From Candidatus Omnitrophota bacterium (GTDB taxonomy: Bacteria; Omnitrophota; Gorgyraeia; Gygaellales; Profunditerraquicolaceae), in assembly GCA_028717245.1 (NCBI GenBank), contig JAQUOD010000001.1, positions 85,514 to 149,513 of the forward strand: a stretch of DNA of 64,000 nucleotides, written 5' to 3'. A program made the translations under genes and the position numbers. A model generated the notes under the pieces. It was not told the origin of the DNA. It ran no database searches and was given only the letters and a program-made list of their open reading frames with translations. Each line of letters begins with the position of its first letter. Within the stretch, counting starts at the first letter, position 1. Shown here one piece after another: positions 9,991 through 21,167 of this stretch.

Positions 9991-10386
9991 TTACCAGATG
10001 TAACCGATAATTTCTCCGCCTGAACCGGAATCCCTTGCTTGTTGGTCGGTAGTGATCCCCTTAGGCGTAGAGACTATGGCTATGCCTCTTCCTCTTAATA
10101 CAGATGGCAGTTTTTTATGTTTTACGTATACGCGCAATCCCGGCTTAGATACGCGGCTTATATTTCTTATCGCGGGCTTTCCCGAAATATATTTCAAATA
10201 GACCCTAAGCAACCCTTGCTTTTTGTCTTCCATGAGCTTGAAATTTTCGATATAATTTTCCTTTTTCAGGATATCTAAAATCGCATTTAACTGCTTAGAG
10301 GCCGGTATATCCACGATTTCTTTTTTTGCCATCATGGCATTGCGTATCATCGCGAAAGCATCCGCAATTAAGTCTGTCCTGGACAT
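9991..10386 (-). CDS. rpsH: 30S ribosomal protein S8
   Basis: 131 aa. Confidence 0.9.
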   Translation of the reverse strand: MSRTDLIADAFAMIRNAMMAKKEIVDIPASKQLNAILDILKKENYIENFKLMEDKKQGLLRVYLKYISGKPAIRNISRVSKPGLRVYVKHKKLPSVLRGRGIAIVSTPKGITTDQQARDSGSGGEIIGYIW

Positions 10387-10426
10387 TTATCCCCCACTTC
10401 GTTCTAATTAACTTGTTAACTGATTT

Positions 10427-10612
10427 TTACCAGCTTGCTTTTCTGACGCCGGGTATCAAACCCTGCCAGACTAACTCCCTAAAACAGATACGGCAGAGCT
10501 TAAACCTTCTCAAGTAACCGCCTGACCTGCCGCAAATAGAACAACGGTTATATTTGCGCGTAGAAAATTTTGGCGCCCTTTTCCATCTTGCTATTTGTGA
10601 ATTTTTAGCCAT
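10427..10612 (-). CDS. rpsN: 30S ribosomal protein S14 type Z (Zn-ribbon, 61 aa)
   Basis: [23 protein letters not shown]. Confidence 0.9.
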   Translation of the reverse strand: MAKNSQIARWKRAPKFSTRKYNRCSICGRSGGYLRRFKLCRICFRELVWQGLIPGVRKASW

Positions 10613-10620
10613 ATTTTTAG

Positions 10621-11172
10621 TTAATCCCCGCTCTTAAAAGGCATGCCGAATAACCTTAATAATTCCCTGGCCTGTTCTTTATTCTTAGCATTTTTAATTA
10701 CTAAAGTTATATCCATGCCTTGCGGCCGGGTTATCTTATCATAATCTATATCAGGAAAAATGCCCTGTTCCGAAAGGCCCAGGGTATAATTGCCTTTTTC
10801 GTCAAAAGAATCCGGCGAAACGCCCCGGAAATCTCGGATACGGGGCAGGGCAACGTTTACTAACCTATCCAGAAATTCATACATCATTAAGCGCCTGAGA
10901 GTAACCTTGCAGCCTATGGGATGGCCCTCTCTAATTTTAAAGTTCGCGATTGCCTTTTTCGCCCGCCTTAAGATGGGCCTCTGCCCCGTGATCATGGCTA
11001 ATTCTTCCATGGCCTTCTCCAGAATTTTGATATCCTGCATGCCTTCACCCACTCCCATATTTACCACTATTTTTTCCAGGCGCGGGGCTGCCAATTTGTT
11101 CTTTAGGGAAAAGGTCTGGGCTATCTGCGGTGCGATTTCCTTCCTGTATTTTTCTAATAGCCGGGGAGTCAT
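10621..11172 (-). CDS. rplE: 50S ribosomal protein L5
   Basis: 183 aa. Confidence 0.9.
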   Translation of the reverse strand: MTPRLLEKYRKEIAPQIAQTFSLKNKLAAPRLEKIVVNMGVGEGMQDIKILEKAMEELAMITGQRPILRRAKKAIANFKIREGHPIGCKVTLRRLMMYEFLDRLVNVALPRIRDFRGVSPDSFDEKGNYTLGLSEQGIFPDIDYDKITRPQGMDITLVIKNAKNKEQARELLRLFGMPFKSGD

Positions 11173-11480
11173 AACACCTCTTTACAGCGTTTACAGATGC
11201 GGGATTTACTTTTGTCTTTTAAAAAGATAAATCCGGCCCTGGCACGACGGTTACAGTTTTTGCAAAAAAGCATAAGATTAGAAAGTTTAATAGGCACCTC
11301 GATAGAAACAACACCGCCCTGCTGGTCTTGTTGCGTCTTACGCCTGTGTTTCTTGGCTAAATTGATGCCCTCTACGAGTGCCCTGCCGGTTGAAGTAATA
11401 ACCTCAAGGACCCTGGCTTTTTTGCCTCTGTCTTTACCTTTAATAACCTCTACGGTATCGCCTTTTCTGATTTTAAACAT
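11169..11480 (-). CDS. rplX: 50S ribosomal protein L24 with C-terminal CxxC...CxxC zinc-ribbon-like tail
   Basis: KOW N-terminus; C-terminus [33 protein letters not shown]. Confidence 0.85.
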   Translation of the reverse strand: MFKIRKGDTVEVIKGKDRGKKARVLEVITSTGRALVEGINLAKKHRRKTQQDQQGGVVSIEVPIKLSNLMLFCKNCNRRARAGFIFLKDKSKSRICKRCKEVL

Positions 11481-11504
11481 CGTCTTAACAGCTTTTAATC
11501 TTTT

Positions 11505-11541
11505 AATTACGAGTTACTAGTTACGAGCTTACGAGTTACTG
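11505..11541 (-). repeat. tandem heptamer array TTACGAG/TTACTAG x5 in rplN-rplX spacer
   Basis: aattacgag ttactag ttacgag c ttacgag ttactg. Confidence 0.8.
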
Positions 11542-11545
11542 AAAT

Positions 11546-11914
11546 TTAAATAACTTCCGGTGCTAACGATATAATCTTAGTAAAGTTCTTTTCTCTTAAC
11601 TCTCTGGCCACAGGCCCGAAGACGCGCGTGCCCATCGGGTTTGACTGGGCGTCGATAAATACAATGGCATTGCGGTCAAACCTTAATACAGAGCCGTCGC
11701 TACGCCTTATGGGTTGTTTTGTCCTTACTATGATTGCTTTGGCAACCGTCCCTTTTTTAACTATAGCATCAGGAGAGGATTCTTTTATATTGACATTAAC
11801 GATATCGCCTATTTCGGCGGCGAATCTTCCTTTTCTACCCAGGGGGGCGATGAAAGATGCGCGTTTTGCCCCGGTGTTATCCGCTACATCTAAAATAGTC
11901 CGTAGTTGGATCAT
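11546..11914 (-). CDS. rplN: 50S ribosomal protein L14
   Basis: 122 aa. Confidence 0.9.
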   Translation of the reverse strand: MIQLRTILDVADNTGAKRASFIAPLGRKGRFAAEIGDIVNVNIKESSPDAIVKKGTVAKAIIVRTKQPIRRSDGSVLRFDRNAIVFIDAQSNPMGTRVFGPVARELREKNFTKIISLAPEVI

Positions 11915-11917
11915 ACC

Positions 11918-12190
11918 TTAAGGCTCCTTGACTTCGATATGGGTTTGCGCCTTTTTGATAACTTCGGTTAACCGGAAACGCTTATCTTTTGATAATGGCC
12001 TGGTTTCTTCTATACGCACCACGTCTCCCTGCTTGGCGCTGTTTTTTTCGTCGTGGACTTTAAATTTATTGTGCTTTTTCATAATCCTGCCGTATTTGGG
12101 GTGTTTGCTTATGCGCGTTACCCTGACAATAATAGTTTTCTGCATCCTGTCGCTTATTACCGTACCCGTAAATTCTTTTCTTTTGTCCAT
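11918..12190 (-). CDS. rpsQ: 30S ribosomal protein S17
   Basis: 90 aa. Confidence 0.9.
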   Translation of the reverse strand: MDKRKEFTGTVISDRMQKTIIVRVTRISKHPKYGRIMKKHNKFKVHDEKNSAKQGDVVRIEETRPLSKDKRFRLTEVIKKAQTHIEVKEP

Positions 12191-12195
12191 CTAAT

Positions 12196-12414
12196 TTAGC
12201 CTTTCTTGACTGACGCCTCTGGGGTAGACTTGGAGATTACGCTTAAAACAGTCTGAATCCTGGCGATATCCCGCTTGATTAAAGAAAACATATGGGGTTT
12301 CTCTACCCTGCCGCCGTAACGCTGCATATTAAGTTTGAATAGGTCCTCTTTTAAGGCCTTTTCCTTTTGCAGCAATTCTTCTTTAGAAAGGTTATGTAAA
12401 TCTTGTATTTTCAT
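12196..12414 (-). CDS. rpmC: 50S ribosomal protein L29
   Basis: 72 aa. Confidence 0.85.
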   Translation of the reverse strand: MKIQDLHNLSKEELLQKEKALKEDLFKLNMQRYGGRVEKPHMFSLIKRDIARIQTVLSVISKSTPEASVKKG

Positions 12415-12437
12415 CCCGCTCTTCCTCTTTTATCTAT

Positions 12438-12464
12438 ATCCCTGCCCATTAGGAAGGGCGGGAT
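12438..12464 (-). repeat. GC-rich hairpin in rplP-rpmC spacer sharing 13-nt motif TAGGAAGGGCGGG with the rpmJ hairpin
   Basis: atccctgccc-attaggaa-gggcgggat; motif identical to 5062-5074. Confidence 0.6.
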
Positions 12465-12469
12465 TCATC

Positions 12470-12886
12470 TTATCTGTGAGTACGGCTGATAAATTTTGTT
12501 TTAAAAGGCAACTTATAGGCAGCTAGCCTGAAACACCTGCGCGCGAATTCCTCCGGTACGGCCCCCAGCTCAAACAAGATACGGCCCCTCTTTATTACCG
12601 CGACCCAATGGTCAAGATCGCCCTTACCTTTACCCATACGTACTTCTGCGGGTTTTTTGGTTATGGATTTATCGGGAAAGGCCCTGATCCAGAGTTTTCC
12701 GCCCCTGTGCAGCTGGCGGGCTAAAATAACACGTACTGCTTCTATCTGGGTATTTTTAAGCCAGCCGTTCTCCAGGGATTTTAACCCGAATTCACCGAAA
12801 GCTAAATTACAACCCGTAGTGGCTATCCCGCGCTTTGTCCCGCGCTGTAATTTACGATATTTTACCCTTTTGGGCATTAAAACCAT
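12470..12886 (-). CDS. rplP: 50S ribosomal protein L16
   Basis: 138 aa (true start probably MPKRVKYRK). Confidence 0.9.
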   Translation of the reverse strand: MVLMPKRVKYRKLQRGTKRGIATTGCNLAFGEFGLKSLENGWLKNTQIEAVRVILARQLHRGGKLWIRAFPDKSITKKPAEVRMGKGKGDLDHWVAVIKRGRILFELGAVPEEFARRCFRLAAYKLPFKTKFISRTHR

Positions 12887-12903
12887 TTTGCACCTGTTTT
12901 ATA

Positions 12904-13581
12904 TTACTGATTAGCTTCTTGCGCCTGTTTTGAAGCTTCTTCAGCAGTATTTTTAGTAAGTATATCGCCTTTGTAAAGCCAAGTCTTAACCCCGATTAAA
13001 CCGTAAGTGGTCAAGCTCTCTGCAAAGCCGTAATCTATGTCTGCGCGTAACGTAGCCAGAGGTATCTTGCCTTGCCGGTAAGTTTCGGTACGGGACATTT
13101 CTGCGCCGCCAAGCCTGCCTGCGCAGGTTATCTTTATCCCCTGGGCCCCTGCGCTCATCGTTTGCTCCATCGCCCGTTTTACTGCCCGACGGAAAGCAAT
13201 CCTCTTTTCCAACTGCAACGCAACGTTTTCCGCCACTAACTGCGCGTCCATAGCCGGGTTCTTTACTTCCTCTATGTCAATAGACAGCTCTTTATTTACT
13301 AGGCTATTTAAGTCTGCCCTCAGGCGTTCAATATCTGAGCCGTGCCTGCCGATAATTATACCGGGCCTGGCGCTGAATATCCTGATCCTGACGCGTTCTG
13401 CCAGCCTCTCTATGATAATCTTTGCGATAGCCGCCTGCTTAAACTTATTCTTAATAAACTTTCTGATTTTATAATCTTCTTCGATAAACTTGGCAAAATC
13501 CTGATGTTTAGCAAACCATCTGCTGTGCCATGTCCTGATAAAACCGATTCTTTGCAAAAACGGACTAACTTTTTGTCCCAT
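12904..13581 (-). CDS. rpsC: 30S ribosomal protein S3
   Basis: 225 aa KH domain. Confidence 0.9.
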   Translation of the reverse strand: MGQKVSPFLQRIGFIRTWHSRWFAKHQDFAKFIEEDYKIRKFIKNKFKQAAIAKIIIERLAERVRIRIFSARPGIIIGRHGSDIERLRADLNSLVNKELSIDIEEVKNPAMDAQLVAENVALQLEKRIAFRRAVKRAMEQTMSAGAQGIKITCAGRLGGAEMSRTETYRQGKIPLATLRADIDYGFAESLTTYGLIGVKTWLYKGDILTKNTAEEASKQAQEANQ

Positions 13582-13588
13582 CTTTCTC

Positions 13589-13924
13589 CTAACGCGCTTT
13601 TACTTCCAGCTCTATTTTAATATGCGCTGTCCTTTTTTTTATGGGCGTCGCCCTGCCGAATGCCGCTGCCTTAAACCTCTTCCAGCTGGGGCCAACGTCG
13701 CATATAGCCTTGGATATGTATAAAGCATCGGCGTTGAAACCTTTTACCTTTGCGTTAGCTACGGCTTGTTTTAATATTTTCCTAAGGTATTCGCAGGCCC
13801 TCTTGTTTAAATTGAGCAATAAGGCCTGTGCCTGAGGCACGTCTTTATTGCGGATTAAATCCATTACTTGCCTTATCTTAGGAGGCGAAACCCTGATAAA
13901 TTTTGCTTCTGCTTTTGCTATCAT
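13589..13924 (-). CDS. rplV: 50S ribosomal protein L22
   Basis: 111 aa. Confidence 0.9.
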   Translation of the reverse strand: MIAKAEAKFIRVSPPKIRQVMDLIRNKDVPQAQALLLNLNKRACEYLRKILKQAVANAKVKGFNADALYISKAICDVGPSWKRFKAAAFGRATPIKKRTAHIKIELEVKAR

Positions 13925-14212
13925 TTATGTTTTTTCCGGTGCCTTCTTGGCTTTTACGCCGCCGTGCTTTCTGAATATCCGGCTGGGTGCAAATTCCCCT
14001 AATTTATGCCCGACCATGTTCTCAGTGATAAAAATCGGTACGTGTTTTTTACCGTCATAGACCGCAAAAGTCAACCCAACGAAATCCGGTATAATAGTAG
14101 AACGCCTGGACCAGGTTTTTATGGCCTGGCGTAACCCCGAGCGTTTTAACCGCTCTACTTTTTCCAATAGCCTTTCTTCCACAAAGGGGCCTTTTTTTAA
14201 TGAACGTGGCAT
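13925..14212 (-). CDS. rpsS: 30S ribosomal protein S19
   Basis: 95 aa. Confidence 0.9.
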   Translation of the reverse strand: MPRSLKKGPFVEERLLEKVERLKRSGLRQAIKTWSRRSTIIPDFVGLTFAVYDGKKHVPIFITENMVGHKLGEFAPSRIFRKHGGVKAKKAPEKT

Positions 14213-14214
14213 GG

Positions 14215-15048
14215 TTATTTCCTTCTTTTTATAATGAATTTATTCGAATACTTATTTTTCTTTCTTGTTTTGTAACCTTTAGTAGGCATGCCCCAAGGTG
14301 TTACTGGATGGGGATTGCCCTGGCCTGATTTTCCTTCGCCGCCGCCATGGGGATGATCCACGGGATTCATCGCCAGCCCCCTGACCGTAGGCTTAATCCC
14401 TAACCAACGTATCCTTCCTGCCTTGCCATAACTTATGGCCTCATGTTCAATATTGCTGACCTGGCCTATAGTGGCATGGCAGTCTAAATCTACAAGCCTG
14501 ACTTCTCCCGAGGGCAGCCTGATGTGCGCCCATTCCTGTTCTTTAGCCATAATCTGGGCGGATGAACCTGCGCTCCTGACGATCTGCCCGCCGTTACCTT
14601 TGATTAATTCGATGTTGTGGATCATGGTTCCCGAGGGGATATATCTTAAAGGAAGGCAGTTACCGATTTTGATTTCGGCGTTTTTCTGGTCAGAGGCGAT
14701 AATTTCATCTCCTACCCTTAATCCCTGGGGGCTTAAAATGTATTTTTTTTCCTTATTAGGATATTCAACCAACGCGATCCTGGAGGTACGGTTAGGGTCA
14801 TACTCAATGGCAATAACCTTTGCGTTCACCTCAAGGAGAGCCCTCTTAAAATCAATAAGGCGCAGCATTCTTTTATGCCCGCCGCCGATATGCCTTGTGG
14901 TTATGCGGCCATAAACGTTTCTGCCCCCGGTCTTCTTGAGAGGGGCGATGAGTGACTTTTCGGGTTTATCTTTAGTAATTTCCGAAAAGTCGCACCCGCT
15001 CATCCAGCGCCTTGAATGTGTTGTTGGCTTAAATTTTTTAATTCCCAT
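14215..15048 (-). CDS. rplB: 50S ribosomal protein L2
   Basis: 277 aa. Confidence 0.9.
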   Translation of the reverse strand: MGIKKFKPTTHSRRWMSGCDFSEITKDKPEKSLIAPLKKTGGRNVYGRITTRHIGGGHKRMLRLIDFKRALLEVNAKVIAIEYDPNRTSRIALVEYPNKEKKYILSPQGLRVGDEIIASDQKNAEIKIGNCLPLRYIPSGTMIHNIELIKGNGGQIVRSAGSSAQIMAKEQEWAHIRLPSGEVRLVDLDCHATIGQVSNIEHEAISYGKAGRIRWLGIKPTVRGLAMNPVDHPHGGGEGKSGQGNPHPVTPWGMPTKGYKTRKKNKYSNKFIIKRRK

Positions 15049-15051
15049 GGT

Positions 15052-15072
15052 ATTAGAATTACTAGTTACTAA
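15052..15072 (-). repeat. short TTACTAG-family heptamer tract in rplW-rplB spacer
   Basis: tattaga attacta gttacta ag. Confidence 0.5.
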
Positions 15073-15347
15073 GCAACAGTTATCTTCTGCCCTTCTTTTA
15101 GGGTGACTACTGCTTTCTTAAAATCCGGGGTCTTGCCTAATTGATACCTTACCCTTTTTAATTTTCCGCTGGCTATAAGGGTATTGACACCTTTAACCCC
15201 TACTTTATATATATCCTCCACGGCCTTTTTAATTTGAATTTTATTCGCTGCCTTATCTACCAGAAAAAGGTATTGGTTTTCTGGTTCGTGCAGGGTTGAT
15301 TTCTCGGTCTTTAATAAAGCCTTGATGATTTCGTGAGAATAAGTCAT
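15069..15347 (-). CDS. rplW: 50S ribosomal protein L23
   Basis: 92 aa. Confidence 0.9.
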   Translation of the reverse strand: MTYSHEIIKALLKTEKSTLHEPENQYLFLVDKAANKIQIKKAVEDIYKVGVKGVNTLIASGKLKRVRYQLGKTPDFKKAVVTLKEGQKITVA

Positions 15348-16015
15348 TTTTTTAATCTTGCGGTCAACTCGCGCAGGCCATCTTTGGTAATAATCAATTT
15401 ATGGGCAGCCAGAATCTCATATGCATACGTATCCTGCGCGCGGTTAATACTTAAAAAATCAATATTACGCAAAGCCAATTTTAAATTTTCGCCCATTTTA
15501 TCTAATAATAGGAGCGCTTTTACATGCTTTGAGCCGGAGCCCTTTCTGTTTTTCTTGTTTGGATTAATTTTTAAATGAGAAAGGATCTTGACAGCCTCTT
15601 TTGTTTTTGGCGTTTCTATTTTTAGGTTATCCAGGACAATTAAATTATTTTCATTCACCTTTGCGTTAAGGCTGGACATTAGGGCCAAGTTTTTTATTTT
15701 CACAGGCAGGGTATAAGAAAAATCCCGCGGATGGGGCCCGAAGATTACGCCGCCGTGCCTCCAGAGAGGAGAACGTATGGAACCGACCCTGGCGCGCCCG
15801 GTCCCTTTCTGCCTCCAGGGTTTACGTCCGCCGCCGGATACCTCGCCCATAGTCTTGGTAGAGGCCAAGCCCTTTCTTTGGGATGCCCTGTAAGCGACCA
15901 CAGCCTGATACATAGCCTTGGTATTGACCTGGCCGTTAAAAACAACAGCATCAAGCTTTAAGGTTTCTATTTCCTGGCCTTGCGTATTATATATAGGTAA
16001 AGTAATGCTGTTCAT
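15344..16015 (-). CDS. rplD: 50S ribosomal protein L4
   Basis: 223 aa. Confidence 0.9.
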   Translation of the reverse strand: MNSITLPIYNTQGQEIETLKLDAVVFNGQVNTKAMYQAVVAYRASQRKGLASTKTMGEVSGGGRKPWRQKGTGRARVGSIRSPLWRHGGVIFGPHPRDFSYTLPVKIKNLALMSSLNAKVNENNLIVLDNLKIETPKTKEAVKILSHLKINPNKKNRKGSGSKHVKALLLLDKMGENLKLALRNIDFLSINRAQDTYAYEILAAHKLIITKDGLRELTARLKK

Positions 16016-16024
16016 TATCGTTGT

Positions 16025-16654
16025 TTATTTTTTAGTTTCCGGTCTCTTCTTTTTTTTCGCCTTAGTAATAACTAAATAACTATTATTACATCCCGGCACC
16101 GCGCCTTTTATTAATATAAGGTTATTTTGTGCGTCTATCTTAACTACCCGTAAATTCTGTAAGGTTACGCGAGCGGCACCCATATGTCCGGGAGCGTGAT
16201 GGCCTTTAAATACCCTGCCGGGAGTAGTGCTGGAACCCATGGAACCTACGCGGCGGTGCGATGTTGAGCCGTGCGTCTTGGGCCCGCCATGCCAATTCCA
16301 ACGCTTCATCCCTCCTTGAAACCCCTTACCCTTGGATATACCGGATATATCTACAAAATCCCCGATTTGAAACAAATCCACTTTTAATTCCTCTCCGACT
16401 TTATATTCTCTACCAGGTTCTTTTATAAACTCTCTAATTAATTTCCGGGGGGTAATGTTTAGTTTTTTAAAATATCCTGCCAGCGGTTTTTTTGTGCGTT
16501 TCTCGGTAGCGGCATCAAACCCCAGCTGTATGTGTTTGTCTTTGACGGCTAAGACAGGGCATGGGCCTGCCTCAATGGCTGTAACGCAGACCTTTTTATT
16601 ATCCGCGCTAAAAACCTGCGTCATCCCTATTTTTTTTCCTAATATCCCTGTCAT
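16025..16654 (-). CDS. rplC: 50S ribosomal protein L3
   Basis: 209 aa. Confidence 0.9.
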   Translation of the reverse strand: MTGILGKKIGMTQVFSADNKKVCVTAIEAGPCPVLAVKDKHIQLGFDAATEKRTKKPLAGYFKKLNITPRKLIREFIKEPGREYKVGEELKVDLFQIGDFVDISGISKGKGFQGGMKRWNWHGGPKTHGSTSHRRVGSMGSSTTPGRVFKGHHAPGHMGAARVTLQNLRVVKIDAQNNLILIKGAVPGCNNSYLVITKAKKKKRPETKK

Positions 16655-16953
16655 TTGATTTCCACATCTACCCCTGCCGGCAGATTGAGTTTTCTTAACG
16701 AATCAATCGTCTTGGAGGTAGGCTCGAAGATATCGATAAGGCGCTTATGCGTAGAGAGCTCGAATTGTTCGCGCGATTTCTTATCGATAACCGGAGACCG
16801 TAACACGGTATAAATTTCTCTTTTAGTAGGCAACGGCACCGGCCCGGAAATTTTTGCGCCGGTGCGTTTTACGGTTTCCACGATCTCTTCTACTGCCTGG
16901 TCCAAAAGACGGTGATCGTAGGCTTTTAGTTTTATGCGTATCTTCTGTAGCAT
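16651..16953 (-). CDS. rpsJ: 30S ribosomal protein S10
   Basis: 100 aa. Confidence 0.9.
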   Translation of the reverse strand: MLQKIRIKLKAYDHRLLDQAVEEIVETVKRTGAKISGPVPLPTKREIYTVLRSPVIDKKSREQFELSTHKRLIDIFEPTSKTIDSLRKLNLPAGVDVEIK

Positions 16954-16987
16954 GTCCGTTTTAGTCCGTTGTTAGTCTGTCAGCCGG
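16954..16987 (-). repeat. direct repeats GTCCGTT / TTAGTC(C/T)GT in tuf-rpsJ spacer
   Basis: gtccgttttagtccgttgttagtctgtcag. Confidence 0.5.
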
Positions 16988-18190
16988 TTAAGCAATAACT
17001 TCAGTTACTACGCCTGCGCCGACGGTACGCCCGCCTTCGCGTATGGCAAAACGTGATTCTTTTTCCATGGCAATAGGCGTGATTAACTCTATTTCTACAT
17101 TCACATTATCTCCGGGCATAACCATTTCTACGCCCTGCGGAAGAGTTACGCTTCCGGTAACGTCAGTGGTACGAAAATAGAACTGCGGCCTGTACCCCTT
17201 GAAGAAAGGAGTATGCCTTCCGCCTTCCTCTTTGGCTAATACGTAGACCTGGGCCTTAAATTTGGTATGGGGGGTAATGGATTTAGGTGCGGCTATAACC
17301 ATACCGCGCTCAATACCGTCTTTTTCGACACCCCTTAAGAGCAGCCCGACGTTATCGCCGGCCTGGCCTTCATCCAAAAGTTTCCTGAACATTTCAATGC
17401 CCGTGACTACTGTTTTCCTTACTTCTGGCCTTAAACCAACCAGTTCGACTTCATCGTTTAATTTGACTTTGCCGCGCTCGATTCTTCCTGTCCCGACCGT
17501 TCCTCTGCCTTCAATGCTAAATACATCTTCCACGGCCATAAGCAAAGGTTTGTCGAGATCTCTTACAGGAATGGGAATAAACTCATCCACTGCTTTCATC
17601 AAATCTAAAATAGGTTTAGCTTCAGGGCTATTTGGGTCATCTGTTGCCATTGCCTTTGAGGCGCTCCCTTTAATAATAGGTGTCTTGTCGCCGGGATAGC
17701 CATATTTTGTCAGCAGTTCCCTGACCTCCATTTCTACTAAATCAAGGAGCTCTTTGTCGGTAACCAAGTCCACCTTATTTAAAAATACTACCATTGACGG
17801 AACGTTTACCTGCCTTGCCAAAAGAATATGTTCTCTTGTCTGAGGCATGGGCCCGTCGGCTGCAGAAACAACGAGTATTGCCCCGTCCATCTGGGCTGCC
17901 CCCGTAATCATGTTTTTGATATAGTCGGCATGGCCCGGGCAATCTATATGGGCGTAGTGGCGCGCATCGGTTTCGTATTCAACGTGCGCAACCGAAATCG
18001 TAACTACTTTTGTTTCGTCCCTTACGGTACCGCCTTTGGCAATATCAGCATAATCTCTTGCAGTAGCCTTACCGAGTTTTGAGAGTACCTTTGTAATAGC
18101 TGCCGTTAACGTTGTCTTGCCATGGTCAATATGGCCTATGGTCCCGATATTTACGTGAGGCTTGCTCCTGACAAACTTTTCTTTAGCCAT
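16988..18190 (-). CDS. tuf: elongation factor Tu
   Basis: 400 aa, [10 protein letters not shown]. Confidence 0.95.
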   Translation of the reverse strand: MAKEKFVRSKPHVNIGTIGHIDHGKTTLTAAITKVLSKLGKATARDYADIAKGGTVRDETKVVTISVAHVEYETDARHYAHIDCPGHADYIKNMITGAAQMDGAILVVSAADGPMPQTREHILLARQVNVPSMVVFLNKVDLVTDKELLDLVEMEVRELLTKYGYPGDKTPIIKGSASKAMATDDPNSPEAKPILDLMKAVDEFIPIPVRDLDKPLLMAVEDVFSIEGRGTVGTGRIERGKVKLNDEVELVGLRPEVRKTVVTGIEMFRKLLDEGQAGDNVGLLLRGVEKDGIERGMVIAAPKSITPHTKFKAQVYVLAKEEGGRHTPFFKGYRPQFYFRTTDVTGSVTLPQGVEMVMPGDNVNVEIELITPIAMEKESRFAIREGGRTVGAGVVTEVIA

Positions 18191-18209
18191 TTATACACCT
18201 CCTGTTTAT

Positions 18210-20306
18210 TTAAAGAGTTTTCCTTGTCCCCGTAGTTGTAAAACCTGACTTTATCTTTTCTGCTATATGTGAAGGCACCTCAGCGTAAAACGAGGGCTCC
18301 ATTGTATAGGACGCCCGGCCTTGCGTTAAAGAACGCGATACGGTTGCGTAATTAAATACTTCTGCCAAGGGCACATAATTTCTGATTGTACGCACATTCC
18401 CGCGCACGGCAAGCGAGGTTATCTTTGCCCTCCGGGAATTTAAGTCGCCGATTATCTGCCCCATATATTCCTCCGGCACGACAATCTCCATGTCCATAAT
18501 CGGCTCTAATAAAATAGAATTTGCTTTCTTGAGGCCTTCATTAAAAGCGATTGCCCCGGCCATTTTAAAGGCCATCTCCGAAGAATCTACTTCATGGAAC
18601 GAACCGTCTATTAATTCCACTTTTACATCCGTAACCGGATAGCCCGCTAATACGCCGCTTTTAGCCGCGCCTAACACACCGTCTTCGACCGACGGGATAA
18701 ATTCTCTAGGGATAGCGCCGCTCCTTATTTTATTCTCAAAGGTTATCCCGGCACCGGGCATCTCCTGGGGCGACATCTCCAAGACCGCATGTCCGTATTG
18801 TCCGTGGCCACCGCTTTGTTGGATAAATTTTCCCGTTGAGATTACCTTTTTAGTAATAGTTTCGCGATAGGCAACCTGGGGTAAACCTACCTGTGCCTCC
18901 ACACTAAATTCGCGTAATATTCGGTCGATAACTATCTCTAAATGTAACTGGCCCATTCCTGAAATAATGGTCTGCCCTGTTTCGTGATTATAGGTTACGC
19001 GAAAAGAAGGGTCCTCTTCCGCTAATTTATGTAAAGCCATGCCCATTTTTTCCTGGTCTTGTTTAGTTTTGGGTTCTACTGCCTGCTGGATTACCGGTTC
19101 GGGAAAACGCATTGCTTCAATAAGTATGGGGTTAGCCTCCTCGCAAAGCGTGTCCCCTGTTTTAGTCTCTTTTAATCCCGCAACCGCAGCAATATCGCCG
19201 GTAGAAATGTTGTCTACGACCTCTTGGCGGTTAGCATGCATAAACATTAATTTTGTAATGCGTTCCCTGGTCCTGCGCGAGGCATTATAAATATAAGACC
19301 CGGAATTCAGGACTCCGGAGTATACCCGCAGGTAATTAATCCTCCCTACATAAGGATCCACCATTACCTTAAAGCATAAAGCGCAGAAGGGCGCTTCGTC
19401 TGAGGCAGCTATCTCCTCGTGCTCCCGCGTTTCCGGCTCCATACCCTTTATCGGCGGTAAATCCAGAGGCGAAGGCAGATAATCGCAGATGGCATCCAAA
19501 AGCATCTGCATGCCTTTGTTCCTTAAAGAGGAGCCGCACAAAACCGGGATAAACTTATCCTCAATAACCTTTCTCCTTATCGTTTCTTTTATCAAGGCCG
19601 CAGTTATTTCTTTATTCTGTACGTAATAACTCATTATCGTATCGTCTACCTCTGCCAATTTTTCCAGCAGTATGTGGTGGTATTTATCTAATTCAGCCAA
19701 TTTGTCAGCGGGCACATCCATAATATCGAACTCTCTGCCTGCGTCGTCTTTATATACGATTAGTTTTTTTTCTATGATATCAATAATACCTTTAAAATTT
19801 TCTTCCTGGCCAAAAGGCAGCTGTATCGCGGCAGCGTTTGCCCCTAATTTTTTATGTATTTCTTCAATAGTGCCGAAAAAGTTGCTTCCGATACGGTCCA
19901 TTTTATTTACGAAGGCGATCTTGGGCACGCCGTAACGCTCAGCCTGGCGCCAGACTGTCTCTGACTGCGGCTCAACCCCGCCCACTCCGCAGAAAACAAT
20001 TACTGCCCCATCCAGCACCTTCAGGGACCTTTCGACCTCTACGGTAAAATCAACATGCCCGGGGGTATCAATGATATTGATGCGAAAGTCATTCCAGTTA
20101 CAGGTAGTACAGGCAGCAGTAATAGTAATGCCCCTTTCCTGTTCCTGGACCATCCAGTCCATAGTAGCAGTGCCTTCGTCTACCTCTCCGATTTTATAGG
20201 TCTTGCCCGTAAAATAAAGTATGCGTTCGGTAGTGGTAGTCTTACCCGCATCAATATGGGCGATAATACCGATATTTCTAAGTTTAGTTAAAGATTTTTC
20301 TTTCAT
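18210..20306 (-). CDS. fusA: elongation factor G
   Basis: ORF-track N-terminus is an extension; [24 protein letters not shown] start at 20306, 13 nt after rpsG stop. Confidence 0.9.
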   Translation of the reverse strand: MKEKSLTKLRNIGIIAHIDAGKTTTTERILYFTGKTYKIGEVDEGTATMDWMVQEQERGITITAACTTCNWNDFRINIIDTPGHVDFTVEVERSLKVLDGAVIVFCGVGGVEPQSETVWRQAERYGVPKIAFVNKMDRIGSNFFGTIEEIHKKLGANAAAIQLPFGQEENFKGIIDIIEKKLIVYKDDAGREFDIMDVPADKLAELDKYHHILLEKLAEVDDTIMSYYVQNKEITAALIKETIRRKVIEDKFIPVLCGSSLRNKGMQMLLDAICDYLPSPLDLPPIKGMEPETREHEEIAASDEAPFCALCFKVMVDPYVGRINYLRVYSGVLNSGSYIYNASRRTRERITKLMFMHANRQEVVDNISTGDIAAVAGLKETKTGDTLCEEANPILIEAMRFPEPVIQQAVEPKTKQDQEKMGMALHKLAEEDPSFRVTYNHETGQTIISGMGQLHLEIVIDRILREFSVEAQVGLPQVAYRETITKKVISTGKFIQQSGGHGQYGHAVLEMSPQEMPGAGITFENKIRSGAIPREFIPSVEDGVLGAAKSGVLAGYPVTDVKVELIDGSFHEVDSSEMAFKMAGAIAFNEGLKKANSILLEPIMDMEIVVPEEYMGQIIGDLNSRRAKITSLAVRGNVRTIRNYVPLAEVFNYATVSRSLTQGRASYTMEPSFYAEVPSHIAEKIKSGFTTTGTRKTL

Positions 20307-20319
20307 CGTGATAACGAAA

Positions 20320-20790
20320 TTACCACCTAAAATGCGCAAATGCCTTATTAGATTCTGCCATCTTATGCGTGTCGTCCCTTTTCTTAATAGCCGCGCCTTC
20401 TCCTTTATAAGCAGCGATGATTTCATCGGCTAATTTTTCCTTCATACTTTTACCTTTTCTGGTCCGGGAAAAGTCCCTTATCCAGCGTAGTGCAATGGAT
20501 GTGCCGCGTTCCTGTTTTACCTCAATCGGCACCTGGTAAGTCGCGCCTCCCACGCGCCTGGGTTTTACTTCCAGGCGTGGCCTAACATTATCTATTGCCT
20601 TATGAAAAATCTTCAATACGTCCGGATCATTGAGCTGTTGTTTTATTACTTCAAATGCGCCGTAAACTATCCTTTCGGCAATGGACTTTTTACCTTCCAG
20701 CATAACCATATTGACAAACTTGGCTACTATTTTACTGTTAAACTTAGGGTCAGCTAATACTTCTTTTTCCTGTGCTTTTCGTCTTCTCAT
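20320..20790 (-). CDS. rpsG: 30S ribosomal protein S7
   Basis: 156 aa. Confidence 0.9.
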   Translation of the reverse strand: MRRRKAQEKEVLADPKFNSKIVAKFVNMVMLEGKKSIAERIVYGAFEVIKQQLNDPDVLKIFHKAIDNVRPRLEVKPRRVGGATYQVPIEVKQERGTSIALRWIRDFSRTRKGKSMKEKLADEIIAAYKGEGAAIKKRDDTHKMAESNKAFAHFRW

Positions 20791-21161
20791 TGCTTAGGCC
20801 TCTTGGCTCCATATTTTGAACGCGACTTCTTGCGTTGATTAACTCCGGCCGCATCCAGGGTGCCCCTGACAATATGGTATCTTACGCCAGGTAAATCTTT
20901 CACGCGTCCGCCCCTGACTAAAACTATGGAGTGTTCCTGTAAATTATGACCTTCGCCAGGTATATACGAAGTTACCTCTATCCCCGTCGTTAACCTTACC
21001 CTGGCAATTTTACGTAAGGCAGAATTAGGTTTCTTGGGAGTCATAGTACGCACCTGTAGACACACGCCCCTTCTCTGAGGGCAACCTTTTAAGGCTGGCG
21101 ATTTTGTCTTTTTCTTTTTTAAGATCCTACCCTGCCTGATTAATTGTGCAATAGTCGGCAT
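20787..21161 (-). CDS. rpsL: 30S ribosomal protein S12
   Basis: 124 aa. Confidence 0.9.
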   Translation of the reverse strand: MPTIAQLIRQGRILKKKKTKSPALKGCPQRRGVCLQVRTMTPKKPNSALRKIARVRLTTGIEVTSYIPGEGHNLQEHSIVLVRGGRVKDLPGVRYHIVRGTLDAAGVNQRKKSRSKYGAKRPKQ

Positions 21162-21167
21162 TTAACC

